Positions 10,282 to 20,048 of a stretch of 54,656 nt of DNA are shown here, one piece after another. The DNA is from Candidatus Gastranaerophilales bacterium (GTDB lineage: Bacteria; Cyanobacteriota; Vampirovibrionia; Gastranaerophilales; Gastranaerophilaceae). Below the pieces are notes generated by a model that did not search any database, was not told the origin of the DNA, and worked only from the letters and a program-made list of their open reading frames with translations. The stretch lies in contig CALURE010000001.1 of the NCBI GenBank assembly GCA_944323095.1, positions 1 to 54,656 on the forward strand. The letters are read 5' to 3'. The translations under genes and the position numbers were made by a program. Each line of letters starts with the position of its first letter. Positions within the stretch are counted from its first letter, which is position 1.

Positions 10282-10917
10282 TTAATAATAATCTATCCGC
10301 CAGTTATTATTAAGAACATTGTTGAGGCAGCCTGCTCCAAATGTCTCGTCTTTGCAGTCATCCTCATCGCCTTCATCATATATTTCAAATTTTTTATTTA
10401 CCCTGAATTCAAACATATCTTTCCCGCCGGTATTAGGTTTTTGTTCCCCGTTTATGTCAAGATAAATATGTACATCTGTGTCTGATGCGGAAACAGCAGG
10501 TATAACACAAATAGCAGAACCGCTTTTTAATAATACATTATAGCCGTCACTGCAGGAAAAAGAATCAGTATCTCCGTTTATAGATTGATACTGTCTTGCA
10601 AAACACGGGCTTGATGTTGTACCGCAATCGCGGGCTATTTTATAGTAATCTTTTAAAAATTGTCCTGCACTGCCGGTTATTGTTTTCCCGTCTTTGCATA
10701 AGCGGGAGCCGTATAAGTCTCTATTGTATTTTTCAGTACTTAAAACTACTAAATTCTGGCTTAATTCATTGTAGTTTTTTTCAAGAGATGTCAGCCAGGC
10801 TGTTTTTTGATGGTTTGCTACTACAGCAGGAATTGTCATCGCTGCAACTATTCCCAGTATTCCGATGACTATTAACACTTCACTAAGTGTGAATCCTAAA
10901 CTTTTTTTAAATTTCAT
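10282..10917 (-). CDS. Type IV pilin-like / prepilin N-terminal cleavage protein
   Basis: SLG|FTLSEVLIVIGILGIVAAMTIP; DING..PN..GKDMF and Cys pairs. Confidence 0.85.
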   Translation of the reverse strand: MKFKKSLGFTLSEVLIVIGILGIVAAMTIPAVVANHQKTAWLTSLEKNYNELSQNLVVLSTEKYNRDLYGSRLCKDGKTITGSAGQFLKDYYKIARDCGTTSSPCFARQYQSINGDTDSFSCSDGYNVLLKSGSAICVIPAVSASDTDVHIYLDINGEQKPNTGGKDMFEFRVNKKFEIYDEGDEDDCKDETFGAGCLNNVLNNNWRIDYY

Positions 10918-10947
10918 TAAAAATACTTCCCTAATAACTCTTTTTAT

Positions 10948-10976
10948 ATTATAACTTTTTCCCGTATAAATGTCAA
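10948..10976 (-). promoter_or_regulatory. Sigma70-type promoter for the pilin pair
   Basis: TTGACA-N17-TATAAT, perfect consensus on the minus strand. Confidence 0.75.
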
Positions 10977-10989
10977 TTGCCGGAAGGAA

Positions 10990-11220
10990 TTAAACTTCAA
11001 TAAATAACCGCTGTCCTACTATATTTTGTTTTCCGTTGTAATAGCCTGCAAAGTAGCCTCCCCGTACAGGTCTATTTTTTGCATATGAATTCAAATTGTT
11101 GCCGTTGTAATTTACAAACGGATTGTTGTTGTACGGATTTGAATTGGTTCTTACCGGAACTACAGCTCCTGTTGTCTGAGGAACAAACATTTGTGACAAT
11201 AAATTTACAATACCTGCCAT
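10990..11220 (-). CDS. Small Asn-rich hypothetical protein (76 aa)
   Basis: ATG with AAAGG RBS and upstream TTTACA-N17-TATAAT; NPY/NPF motifs; ends GQRLFIEV. Confidence 0.65.
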   Translation of the reverse strand: MAGIVNLLSQMFVPQTTGAVVPVRTNSNPYNNNPFVNYNGNNLNSYAKNRPVRGGYFAGYYNGKQNIVGQRLFIEV

Positions 11221-11362
11221 TTTTATATAACCTTTCTACTGTATATGCAATTTAATTAAAAAATTACTTTTGTCATTATTATAACACATTTTGAAAAATT
11301 TTTGTAAAATATCTTAACAAAATCATATATTTTATGTATTAATTTTGTAATATAATATTTCT

Positions 11363-12610
11363 ATGGAAGATAAAAAGAAAAAAGTTTTAATTGTGGGTGC
11401 TTCTGCTAAGGAATTTGCGCTTGCAAAAAAATTTAAAGAATATAGCTGTGACATATTTGTAGCCCCTGGCAACTCTGCGATTGAAGAAATTGCAGAATGT
11501 GTTGATATAAGGGAGGATAATGTTCAGGAGCTTATGGAGTTTGTTCTTGAAAATGCTATAGACTTTACGATTGTGTCTTCTGAAAAAGCTGTTAAACAAG
11601 ATATTGCCGAACTTTTTCAGGCCAACGGGCTTTTAATATTTGCGCCTTCTGCTGTAAGTGCAAACATTGCAATAAGCAGATCTTTCGGAAAGAAATTTTT
11701 ATATAGATTAAAGATTCCTGCTCCGCGTTTTGCAATATTTGATAAACTTCCGTCCGCTGTTGATTATCTTAAAACGGCTTCCATGCCGCAGGTTATACGT
11801 ACTGATGAAGCTTATGAGGGCAAGGATCGTCTTGTCTGTACTACATTTTCAACTGCAAAAACGTTTGTTGAAGATTTGTTTGCAAAAGGTGAAAATAAAA
11901 TTGTATTAGAAGATTATGTTTACGGGCATGAATTTACATTTTATGTTATAACAGACGGTTACAGTGCTTTGCCGCTTACTTCCGTAGCGAACTATAAATT
12001 TTCGGAAAACGGTAACGGCGGCATTTTGACAAGCGGCACCGGCGCTTATACTCCTGATTATAAAATTTCATCCGATATGGTTTCTTATATAATGCAGAAT
12101 ATTGTTTCACGTGTTTTAGATGAATTGCAAAAGAAAGAATCGCCGTATTCTGGAATTCTCGGTATTGACTGTGTGCTGGCAGAAGACGGCAGATTATGCA
12201 CTCTGGCTTTTAAGTCTTTTCTGTCTGATCATGACGCTCAGGCAGTATTGAATATTATAGACGAAGATTTGTTGCTATTGTTTGAAGCCTGTGCTGTAGG
12301 TTCGTTTGCAGATGATTATGATTCAATTAAAATTTTGGATAATGCGTCTGTTTCCTGCGTTGTTTCATCACGTTTGGCAGGAAAAGTTATAGAAGGATTA
12401 GATTTGGTTGAATCAGATATTACAAATTTTGGTATAAAAAGAAATCAATATTTGGAATACGAGACTATAGAAGGCAGAAATTTTGTACTGACAAAGACAG
12501 CTAAAACTTTATCAAGAGCAAGAACTCACTTATATGAAGATATTGATTTAATAAAATTTGAAGGCAAGAAATACCGTACTGATATCTGCGGGCAGGTTGA
12601 AATTTTTTAA
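11363..12610 (+). CDS. PurD (GAR synthetase)-like ATP-grasp protein with degenerate catalytic motifs
   Basis: Overall PurD layout (VAPGN, GxGAYxP, KYRTDI) but canonical GGREHA, KADGLAAGKGV and EFNxRFGDPE motifs are altered. Confidence 0.75.
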   Translation: MEDKKKKVLIVGASAKEFALAKKFKEYSCDIFVAPGNSAIEEIAECVDIREDNVQELMEFVLENAIDFTIVSSEKAVKQDIAELFQANGLLIFAPSAVSANIAISRSFGKKFLYRLKIPAPRFAIFDKLPSAVDYLKTASMPQVIRTDEAYEGKDRLVCTTFSTAKTFVEDLFAKGENKIVLEDYVYGHEFTFYVITDGYSALPLTSVANYKFSENGNGGILTSGTGAYTPDYKISSDMVSYIMQNIVSRVLDELQKKESPYSGILGIDCVLAEDGRLCTLAFKSFLSDHDAQAVLNIIDEDLLLLFEACAVGSFADDYDSIKILDNASVSCVVSSRLAGKVIEGLDLVESDITNFGIKRNQYLEYETIEGRNFVLTKTAKTLSRARTHLYEDIDLIKFEGKKYRTDICGQVEIF

Positions 12611-12631
12611 AACTTCATTATATATGATTAT

Positions 12632-13645
12632 ATGAAGAATTATTATAATATATTAGGAGTTACCCCTGACAGTTCGCTTGAAGATATAAAAATTGCTTTC
12701 AGACGTCTTGCACGTAAATATCACCCTGATGTCAATAAGGATGGGACTAAACGCTTTATTGATATTTCCGAGGCTTATGAAACTCTTTCTGATGCTAAAA
12801 AAAGGCTCCAATATGATACAATAAACGGATTTTTCAAATCTTCTTCCCGTGAAAAGTCTGAAAAAAAGCGTACTTCGTCAAAGCAAGCCCAAAATGAATA
12901 TAAAAAAAGAGCCGGCTCAAAAAATTTTACAGAGCCTGAATTTTCAAAAAAAGAATTTTCAAAAAAGATAAATGATATGTTTGAAGAATTCACAAAATCA
13001 AAAAAAGAAGAAAATTCTGCTAGAAAAGGTGATGATATTTATGAAGAAATATCTATTACAATGAGAGAAGCTGTAAATGGTGCCGTGCGTCTTATAAATA
13101 TTATGCATTCAGGCGAATGCCCGAATTGCAAAGGGCGAAAATTTATAAATGGCTCGGTATGCCGTGTTTGTAAAGGTTCCGGTGAAAAAATTGAGCACAA
13201 AAAAATTTCAGTTAAAATTCCCAAAAATATAAAAAATGGAGCAAAGCTGCGTCTTGCAGGTGAAGGCGGATGTGGTATAAACGGCGGCAAAAACGGTGAT
13301 TTGTATATTAAGATTAAAATTCAACCGAATAACATGATAAAATTTGACGGTAATGATATTATTTATAGTGTTCCGGTTTCTCCTTTTGAGGCCGTGTTAG
13401 GTGGTAGTATTTCTATTCCTGTTTTTGAAGGTAATGTAAATTTAAAGCTACCGCCCATGACGCATTCAGGTCAAAAATTCCGTCTTGCAGGTCAGGGACT
13501 TTCTCAGAATAACAAATCAGGTGATATGATAGTTATTGTGCATATTGAAATTCCGTGTTCTTTGTCGGATGATGAAATTAAGCTGTATGAAAAGCTTAAA
13601 AAATTATCGTTAAATAGTATAAGAGAAAATTTGTTAAATGAATAA
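12632..13645 (+). CDS. J-domain co-chaperone (DnaJ/CbpA-like, two-repeat zinc finger, no G/F region)
   Basis: HPD motif; CPNCKG and CRVCKGSG; DnaJ C-terminal domain (LRLAGEG, GDLY). Confidence 0.85.
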   Translation: MKNYYNILGVTPDSSLEDIKIAFRRLARKYHPDVNKDGTKRFIDISEAYETLSDAKKRLQYDTINGFFKSSSREKSEKKRTSSKQAQNEYKKRAGSKNFTEPEFSKKEFSKKINDMFEEFTKSKKEENSARKGDDIYEEISITMREAVNGAVRLINIMHSGECPNCKGRKFINGSVCRVCKGSGEKIEHKKISVKIPKNIKNGAKLRLAGEGGCGINGGKNGDLYIKIKIQPNNMIKFDGNDIIYSVPVSPFEAVLGGSISIPVFEGNVNLKLPPMTHSGQKFRLAGQGLSQNNKSGDMIVIVHIEIPCSLSDDEIKLYEKLKKLSLNSIRENLLNE

Positions 13646-14306
13646 AGTTAAAATTAAAGAGATATTTGAATCAGTACAGGGTGAAGGACCTTATCTCGGG
13701 TGTAAGCAGTTATTTGTCCGTTTTTGTAATTGTAATCTGAAATGTAATTACTGCGATACGGAATTTTCATCAGATTCTGATTATAGAGAGTTTTGTCCTG
13801 ACCAACTTGCATATGAAGTAAATAAGTTTAGTAAAATTCATTCAATTTCATTAACCGGCGGAGAACCTTTGCTTGCGACAGATTTTCTTAAAGATTTTTT
13901 ACCGCTTGTAAACAAGCCGGTTTATCTGGAGACAAATGCTACTCTTGCTGAAAAACTTCTTGAAATAAAACAGTTTGTAAATATTATCTCTGCTGATATA
14001 AAACTTGAAAGCGCTGCTGGTATAAAAGATGCGTTAAAATTTCATGAGAAATTTTTTGCAAATTGTGCAGGTGTTGAAACTTTTGCAAAAGTAGTTTTTA
14101 ATGAAAAAATCCGCGAAAATGAGATAACAGCTTCTTGTGAACTGGGTAAAAAATATAATATACCGGTAATTTTGCAGCCTGAAATGATTGAGGATAAAAT
14201 GTCTGTTTCTTCGCAATTTTGCGCAAATGTTCTTGATAAATTCTTGAATAATTATGATAATGTCAGACTAATACCACAGGTGCATAAATTTTTAAATCTT
14301 AGATGA
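13638..14306 (+). CDS. queE: 7-carboxy-7-deazaguanine synthase-like radical SAM protein
   Basis: EIFESVQGEG, CNLKCNYCDT, TGGEP, ETN, PQVHK. Confidence 0.85.
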   Translation: MNKVKIKEIFESVQGEGPYLGCKQLFVRFCNCNLKCNYCDTEFSSDSDYREFCPDQLAYEVNKFSKIHSISLTGGEPLLATDFLKDFLPLVNKPVYLETNATLAEKLLEIKQFVNIISADIKLESAAGIKDALKFHEKFFANCAGVETFAKVVFNEKIRENEITASCELGKKYNIPVILQPEMIEDKMSVSSQFCANVLDKFLNNYDNVRLIPQVHKFLNLR

Positions 14307-14338
14307 CAAACTTTTGACCGGCGGGTAAAACATAAATT

Positions 14339-14514
14339 GGACCTTATATCGCAGTTTACACCGAAAATAACTGCAATCGTCACCCCTGAAATAAATTCAG
14401 GGCAGGCTCTGAACTTGTTTCAGGGGCTAATTACTATAAGATTCCGAAACAAGTTCGGAATGACATTATGACTGTTTTTTGAGGATATTTGGTGTAAACT
14501 GCGATATAAGTCTT
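14339..14514 (+). mobile_element. MITE copy 1 (176 bp) carrying REP-like hairpins
   Basis: Perfect 20-bp inverted repeat CTTATATCGCAGTTTACACC (14343-14362 / 14491-14510); flanking direct repeat ACATAAATT (14330-14338, 14515-14523); internal GTCA-tagged hairpins. Confidence 0.8.
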
Positions 14515-14576
14515 ACATAAATTTTCTTGTTTTTTGTAACTTATTGATATATAATATTTTGTAAAGCGAGGGAATT

Positions 14577-15146
14577 ATGTCTGTAAAAAAAGTTTTGCAA
14601 TATGGTGAAAAATCTTTAAGGGAGCCGTCAAAAGAAGTTCATAAAGTCTCAAAAAAAATCCATGAGCTTGTTCAGGATCTTTTAGATACAATGTACGCTA
14701 AAAACGGTGTAGGAATGGCTGCACCGCAGATAGGTGTTAATTACAGGGTTTTTGTTGTAGATGTTTCAACAAATAACGAACCTCTAAACCCTCTCGTATT
14801 TATAAATCCAAAAATTATAAAAAAATCAGGCGCTATTATTGCTCAGGAAGGTTGTATTAGTTTCCCTGAGGCTTATACTGACGTTAAAAGATATAAAAAT
14901 GTTATGGTAAAAGCGCTTGATATTAACGGGAAATCTTTTGTTATGGAAGCAAAAGACGGTTGTTTACTCGCCAGAGCAATTCAGCATGAATACGATCATC
15001 TTGACGGTATTTTGTTTATTGACCATTGTGTAAACAGATTTGAAACAGATAATATTCTCTCAAAGCATAATTTGCCGCCTGTAGAAGCTGACAGGCTTAT
15101 AGAGGATCCTGTTCTTGATAAGGAATTAGAAAGTAAAAATGATTAA
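14577..15146 (+). CDS. def: Peptide deformylase
   Basis: GVGMAAPQIG, EGCIS, QHEYDHLDG. Confidence 0.95.
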   Translation: MSVKKVLQYGEKSLREPSKEVHKVSKKIHELVQDLLDTMYAKNGVGMAAPQIGVNYRVFVVDVSTNNEPLNPLVFINPKIIKKSGAIIAQEGCISFPEAYTDVKRYKNVMVKALDINGKSFVMEAKDGCLLARAIQHEYDHLDGILFIDHCVNRFETDNILSKHNLPPVEADRLIEDPVLDKELESKND

Positions 15147-16059
15147 TATTGTTTTTTTTGCAACTCCGTATATAGCTTTAAAATCGCTTGAATATTTGTA
15201 TAATTCCTCAGAGATAAATGTTCTTGCTGTTGTTACCCAGCCTGACAAACCTGCTGGCAGAGGACATAAAATTTCAATGTCACCGGTAAAGAAGTTTGCT
15301 CTTGAAAAGAATTTGCCTGTTTTTCAGCCGAAATCAATAAGAAAAGAACCTGATATAATTAATGAATTGAAAAAATTAAATCCTGACTTTTTTGTAACCT
15401 TTGCCTTCGGACAGATTTTGTCTCAGGAAGTTTTGGATATTCCAAAGTATGCGACAATTAATTTGCATGCCTCTTTACTTCCAAAGTACAGAGGCGCTAA
15501 CCCTATTCAAAGAGCAATTATAAACGGTGATAAAGAAACAGGCATTTGTACCATGATTACGGAACTGGGGCTTGACTGCGGTGATGTGTGTTTAAAAGAT
15601 ATGATAAGTATTCCGGATGATATGACATGTGAGGATCTGGCTCAAATAATAAGTGATAAATCTCCGCTGCTTATAGAAAATACTCTAAAAGGTCTTGTGA
15701 ATAATTCAATTACACCTTGTAGGCAATCAGAAGAAGGTATTTGTTTCGCCAATAAATTGACAAAAGAAGAAACACTTATAGACTGGGCTAAACCTGCAGT
15801 TAAAATTCATAATCTTGTGAGAGGTATTTATAAGTCACCTTCTGCATATTTTGTATTCAAAGGAAAAATTGTTAAAGTGCTTGAGACTAAAGTTATAGAA
15901 AAAGCTTTAAAATGCGGAGAATTAGTGAATTCAAAAGACGGTGTGATTGTTGGCTGCGGCTCAAATTCTCTTATCCTTTTAAAGGTCAAACCGGAAGGAA
16001 AGGCTGAAATGCCGGCAAAAGACTGGGCAAACGGACAGCATTTGCCTGTCGAAGTTTAA
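15139..16059 (+). CDS. fmt: Methionyl-tRNA formyltransferase
   Basis: VVTQPDKPAGRG, NLHASLLPKYRGANPI; follows def. Confidence 0.95.
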   Translation: MINIVFFATPYIALKSLEYLYNSSEINVLAVVTQPDKPAGRGHKISMSPVKKFALEKNLPVFQPKSIRKEPDIINELKKLNPDFFVTFAFGQILSQEVLDIPKYATINLHASLLPKYRGANPIQRAIINGDKETGICTMITELGLDCGDVCLKDMISIPDDMTCEDLAQIISDKSPLLIENTLKGLVNNSITPCRQSEEGICFANKLTKEETLIDWAKPAVKIHNLVRGIYKSPSAYFVFKGKIVKVLETKVIEKALKCGELVNSKDGVIVGCGSNSLILLKVKPEGKAEMPAKDWANGQHLPVEV

Positions 16060-16082
16060 AAGTTCAAATTGGGAGATAAGTT

Positions 16083-16430
16083 ATGTTTACTAAAGGTATC
16101 AGAGGGGCAATTACTGTCAATGAAAATACTGAAGAGTCTATTAAGGAAGCTACTATAGAACTTTTAAACGAATTAGTTGAGCGTAACGGAATTGAATTGT
16201 CTGCAATTTCGCATGTCATATTTACTTTGACAAATGATTTAAATGCTGCATTCCCTGCAAAATTTGCAAGAATTGATATGGGTTTGTGCGAAACAGCAAT
16301 GATGTGTTTTCATGAACTGGATGTCCCGGGGGCTCTGCCTATGTGCCTGCGTGTTCTGATTGTTGTAAATTGTGGAGAAGATTTTATTCCGCAATTTGTT
16401 TATTTAAAAGGCGCATCAACTCTAAGATAA
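16083..16430 (+). CDS. aroH: AroH-class chorismate mutase
   Basis: GIRGAIT, FTLTNDLNAAFPA, LPMCLRVL, YLKGAxxLR. Confidence 0.9.
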   Translation: MFTKGIRGAITVNENTEESIKEATIELLNELVERNGIELSAISHVIFTLTNDLNAAFPAKFARIDMGLCETAMMCFHELDVPGALPMCLRVLIVVNCGEDFIPQFVYLKGASTLR

Positions 16431-18530
16431 TTTTGTAATGTCTGTCATTGATGGATCAAGCAGCCTTCTGCCGATTTGCGGGAAATCAATTGAGCAGAGC
16501 ATTTTATTACCATATTTAATCATTTTTTCAACAACACCCTCTCCGTATTTCGGTGTTGAAACTTTATCGCCCGGTTCAAAGGTCTGGTTATTGGGATTTT
16601 TAGTATTTTCTGCAGGGTAAATTGGTATAACAGGAGGATTATTGTCTTCTGTTAAATTATCAAGCGGTTCAGGCTCTAAAATTTCAATATCTTCCTCACC
16701 TGCAAGATTATCTATAAGGTTTAAATCATCTTCTGTCAGTTCATCTTGTTCATCCGGTTCTTCAAAAGATATAGTTTCATCCTGCGGTAATTTTTCATAC
16801 ATTACTCGATCAATATCTTTTGCCGCTTGTTCAACCATTTCGTTATTTTCAATATCTGCCGGAGTTTCAGCAAAATTTGCACCGATATCAGCTTCATCTA
16901 AAGAATAATCAATTTCCGGTTCTTCAAGATTAAGATTGTCATCTTGTTCCGGATTTTCTTCAATAATTATTTCATTTCCCCCGGTTTCCGGTTCTGTTTG
17001 AGGTTCCTCAGGTTCCTCAATTAATACTTGTTCAGGAGTTTCATCAACTATTTCTATATTGTCATCAAGTGATATTAGCTCTGTATCATTATTTCCCTGT
17101 GTGGGTTCTTCCATAATTTCTATGTCAGGGTATTCCACAACCGGTTGTTCTTCTTCTGGCTGAGCCTGTATTTCCTGTTTTTGTTCTTCTTGCTGTTCTG
17201 CAGACTGAATATTTTGTGCTTCCTCTTTTTCTGAAATTTCCGGTTCAGTTTTTACATTATTGTCAGATATTTCATCTGTTTGCGTCGGCTGTTCAATACT
17301 TTCCGGCTGGTTAATATTATTTTCATCTGTTACTATCGTATCTTCAAGTTCTTTAAGTTCAACTATTAAAGGAATATTTTGTGTATGTGCCCCGCAAATT
17401 ATGAATTCTTCCTTATTAAGTTTATTTAAAAATGTATTGTAGCTTGCGAAATCATGCTGTAATGTAAGCGGCTGGAATAATATAATATTTTGTGCAATTT
17501 CTTTTAATTCATGAATATATTTGTATTCGTGCGGGCAGATGATTGTAGTGAATACATTTTCACGTCTTATAAATTTTTTAAGAAGTTTTTTGTCGCTGTT
17601 TGTATTGCTTATTTTGGCAAAAGCATAAATATTTGACTTAATATTGTTCATAGTGTCATAAATGTGTGACATAATCTCTTTTTGCAAAGATGCTCCTATA
17701 TCAGAGATATCTATTACAGTAATATCATTTTTTTCAATTTCAATGCTTAAATTTAGTACATCTTTCAATTCTTCCGCAAAGACATTTTGATCTCTGTATT
17801 TTAAAAGTTTATTTTTAAGCAGAACAAGTTGAGTTATACCTGTTTCTTTGTATTGCTGGTCTACAACACTCAAAAAAGTTTCAAAAGGCAGATAACCTTC
17901 CGGGAGTGTTTTTGTGTACTCCTGAACTTCTATAAAAATATCCTGAATTATTGCTTTGCTTGTGGCATCGACATCTTCAAGTTCATTGTCATAAATAAAA
18001 TTGATAGTGTCGTAGTTGAGCGGAAGTCTAAAGTCTTTTCCGAAAACAATTTTGTTCTCGCTTTCAAACTGGCCTTCTGTGTCGAATATTACAATTTTTT
18101 CGTTAATTTGTTTTACAAAATTATTTATAAGGATAGTAGTATTTTCAAAATTGTCAGAGCATACAAGCAGATTATTGTCAAAAATAGTTTTATCTACTTT
18201 TAAGCTTATATTTTGTTGTGCAAGTTCTCCGAGTATTATCGGAGTTTCAACAGGTATAATATCAAGTAATTCATTTGAAGGGAGTAAAGATACAGCGGAT
18301 TTCAGTGATGGAATTGTACCGTTATAATTTTTTAATATGCCTTCTTGGTTGAATGTAAAAAGTAATTTTACAACTGCAAAGTTTGTTGTATTATCAGCTT
18401 TCACATTCATAACCTGGGCAACGTAGGGAGAATTTTCATCTTCTATTATAACAAATCCGGCAAGTGCAAGATTATCTTTTGCATCATATGCTATCTTTAC
18501 CAGATTGTTCTTAATTTCCAATACCTTCAT
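16422..18530 (-). CDS. Hypothetical protein: degenerate HerA-like N-terminal half, acidic linker, C-terminal PcrA/UvrD-type Tudor domain
   Basis: HAS-barrel-like start, IVIFDTEGQF, no Walker A; ~250-aa E/D/P/Q-rich linker; FEPGDKVSTPKYGEGVV...DFPQIGRRLL. Confidence 0.6.
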   Translation of the reverse strand: MKVLEIKNNLVKIAYDAKDNLALAGFVIIEDENSPYVAQVMNVKADNTTNFAVVKLLFTFNQEGILKNYNGTIPSLKSAVSLLPSNELLDIIPVETPIILGELAQQNISLKVDKTIFDNNLLVCSDNFENTTILINNFVKQINEKIVIFDTEGQFESENKIVFGKDFRLPLNYDTINFIYDNELEDVDATSKAIIQDIFIEVQEYTKTLPEGYLPFETFLSVVDQQYKETGITQLVLLKNKLLKYRDQNVFAEELKDVLNLSIEIEKNDITVIDISDIGASLQKEIMSHIYDTMNNIKSNIYAFAKISNTNSDKKLLKKFIRRENVFTTIICPHEYKYIHELKEIAQNIILFQPLTLQHDFASYNTFLNKLNKEEFIICGAHTQNIPLIVELKELEDTIVTDENNINQPESIEQPTQTDEISDNNVKTEPEISEKEEAQNIQSAEQQEEQKQEIQAQPEEEQPVVEYPDIEIMEEPTQGNNDTELISLDDNIEIVDETPEQVLIEEPEEPQTEPETGGNEIIIEENPEQDDNLNLEEPEIDYSLDEADIGANFAETPADIENNEMVEQAAKDIDRVMYEKLPQDETISFEEPDEQDELTEDDLNLIDNLAGEEDIEILEPEPLDNLTEDNNPPVIPIYPAENTKNPNNQTFEPGDKVSTPKYGEGVVEKMIKYGNKMLCSIDFPQIGRRLLDPSMTDITKLS

Positions 18531-18570
18531 CTAATCTTCCTCACTTTTAGTATATTCTACCATAAACATG

Positions 18571-19146
18571 CTATTTTTGTAATATGTCTTGAAGTTTATT
18601 GTAAATTTCAATAGTTAAAATGCATATTTTCAAATCTCTTTTTACAAGACTTTTGATAGTTTCCTTATAACACACCAGTAAAGCTTTATCTATCCCGTTT
18701 TCGTCATTCAGTATATTTTTAATTTTATTTGAATAATCTTTGTCTCTGGTGTTTGGCTCTATTTTGTCAGCAAGAAATATTATTTTTTCAAATTCACTCA
18801 TATCCATTCTGCCGAGGGTGTGCCATCTTATCGCAGATAATATTTCTTTATCTGTAATATTAAATTGTTTTTCGGCAATATACGCGCTTACCGGTGCATG
18901 CAGTGTTTTATAATTCAGCATTTCGCATTCTTCGACATGCAGATGTCGGCGAATAATTTCAAGAAGTTTTTCATTTGAAAAGCATTTCGCACAATCATGT
19001 AAAAGTCCTGCAAGATAAGCTTTTTCTTCGTCTAAATTAAATTTTTGGGCAAGCTCTTTAGCGCATTGTGCTGTGCCGAGAGTGTGAAGGTATCTTTCTT
19101 CATTCAAATTTTCTTTAAGCCATTTTAATATTTCTATATAATCCAT
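18571..19146 (-). CDS. yqeK: HD-domain bis(5'-nucleosyl)-tetraphosphatase YqeK
   Basis: RYLHTLG, LLHDCAK, HAPVSA, HTLG, ADKIEP; adjacent to nadD. Confidence 0.9.
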   Translation of the reverse strand: MDYIEILKWLKENLNEERYLHTLGTAQCAKELAQKFNLDEEKAYLAGLLHDCAKCFSNEKLLEIIRRHLHVEECEMLNYKTLHAPVSAYIAEKQFNITDKEILSAIRWHTLGRMDMSEFEKIIFLADKIEPNTRDKDYSNKIKNILNDENGIDKALLVCYKETIKSLVKRDLKICILTIEIYNKLQDILQK

Positions 19147-19711
19147 TTTTGTAAATATAGTCCTCTACTTCTTCCGGAACAAGATTTTTAATTGATTTGC
19201 CATTGCTTATATTCTCTCTTATTTTAGTTGATGAAATGTCAACAAAAGGCATACCGGTAAATTCAAAGTTATAACCTTTGTCCTTTAAATTCTCTAAATT
19301 CACTTTATTATTTTCCCGTATAAATACAATAAAATCAACCAGTTTTTTTAATTTATCAGTTTCATACCAGGTTTCAATTTTTTCAAATGCATCAGTGCCG
19401 ATTATAAAATGGATTTTGCCGTTAATATTATACTTTTGCCTTAGCGCTGATACAGTCAGGTAAGAATAAGATTTACCTTCATGTTTAAATTCAATGTCGG
19501 AAATCTCAAATTTAGGATTATTCTGAATTGCAAGCTTAACCATATTGTACCTGTGCCGGCACATATCGGGCATATAATCTTTATGGGGCGGTTTGTATGC
19601 AGGTATAAATATTATCTTATCAAACCTGTATTTTTCTAATATATATTCTGCCATTTTCATATGTGCATTATGAATAGGGTTAAAAGTCCCTGAAAAAATA
19701 CATATTTTCAT
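19115..19711 (-). CDS. nadD: Nicotinate-nucleotide adenylyltransferase
   Basis: GTFNPIHNAH, PPHK, IIGTD, ISSTKIR. Confidence 0.95.
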   Translation of the reverse strand: MKICIFSGTFNPIHNAHMKMAEYILEKYRFDKIIFIPAYKPPHKDYMPDMCRHRYNMVKLAIQNNPKFEISDIEFKHEGKSYSYLTVSALRQKYNINGKIHFIIGTDAFEKIETWYETDKLKKLVDFIVFIRENNKVNLENLKDKGYNFEFTGMPFVDISSTKIRENISNGKSIKNLVPEEVEDYIYKNGLYRNIKMA

Positions 19712-19730
19712 AAAGATATTTTAACATAAT

Positions 19731-19753
19731 AAAAAGCAGAACCGCAGTTCTGC
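19731..19753 (-). terminator. Intrinsic terminator after the small ORF
   Basis: GCAGAAC-N4-GTTCTGC stem with a U-tract on the minus strand. Confidence 0.7.
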
Positions 19754-19799
19754 CAAGTAAAAAATTTGTAGGGGAAAAATTAATTGGAGTTATAGTGTA

Positions 19800-19964
19800 T
19801 TAAAGTAAGTGTAAAGCTTGTTTGTTTGCCATTGCAATAAAGTTCATCTGCGCAAACAATAATTCCGATCTGTCCTCAAAGGGCTGATTATTATTGACAG
19901 TAACTTGATTTTCGTACATGTCTTTTAACTTGTCATCAATTTTTTTCAAATTTGCAACAGCCAT
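19800..19964 (-). CDS. Unannotated small protein (54 aa, MAVANLKKIDDKLKDMYENQ...QALHLL)
   Basis: Hand-translated; GAGAGG RBS 6 nt before ATG; downstream terminator; below ORF-track cutoff. Confidence 0.65.
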   Translation of the reverse strand: MAVANLKKIDDKLKDMYENQVTVNNNQPFEDRSELLFAQMNFIAMANKQALHLL

Positions 19965-20048
19965 TTTTTGCCTCTCATTCTTCTTATTTATTTCTTATGT
20001 ATATATAAAGTATATATAATTTTTTGAATTTCACTTTTTAAATAACTT

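Noticed and set aside
14339-14514. Palindromic repeats as a CRISPR array
   Set aside because: Copies are dispersed, not tandem with spacers, and no cas genes are present
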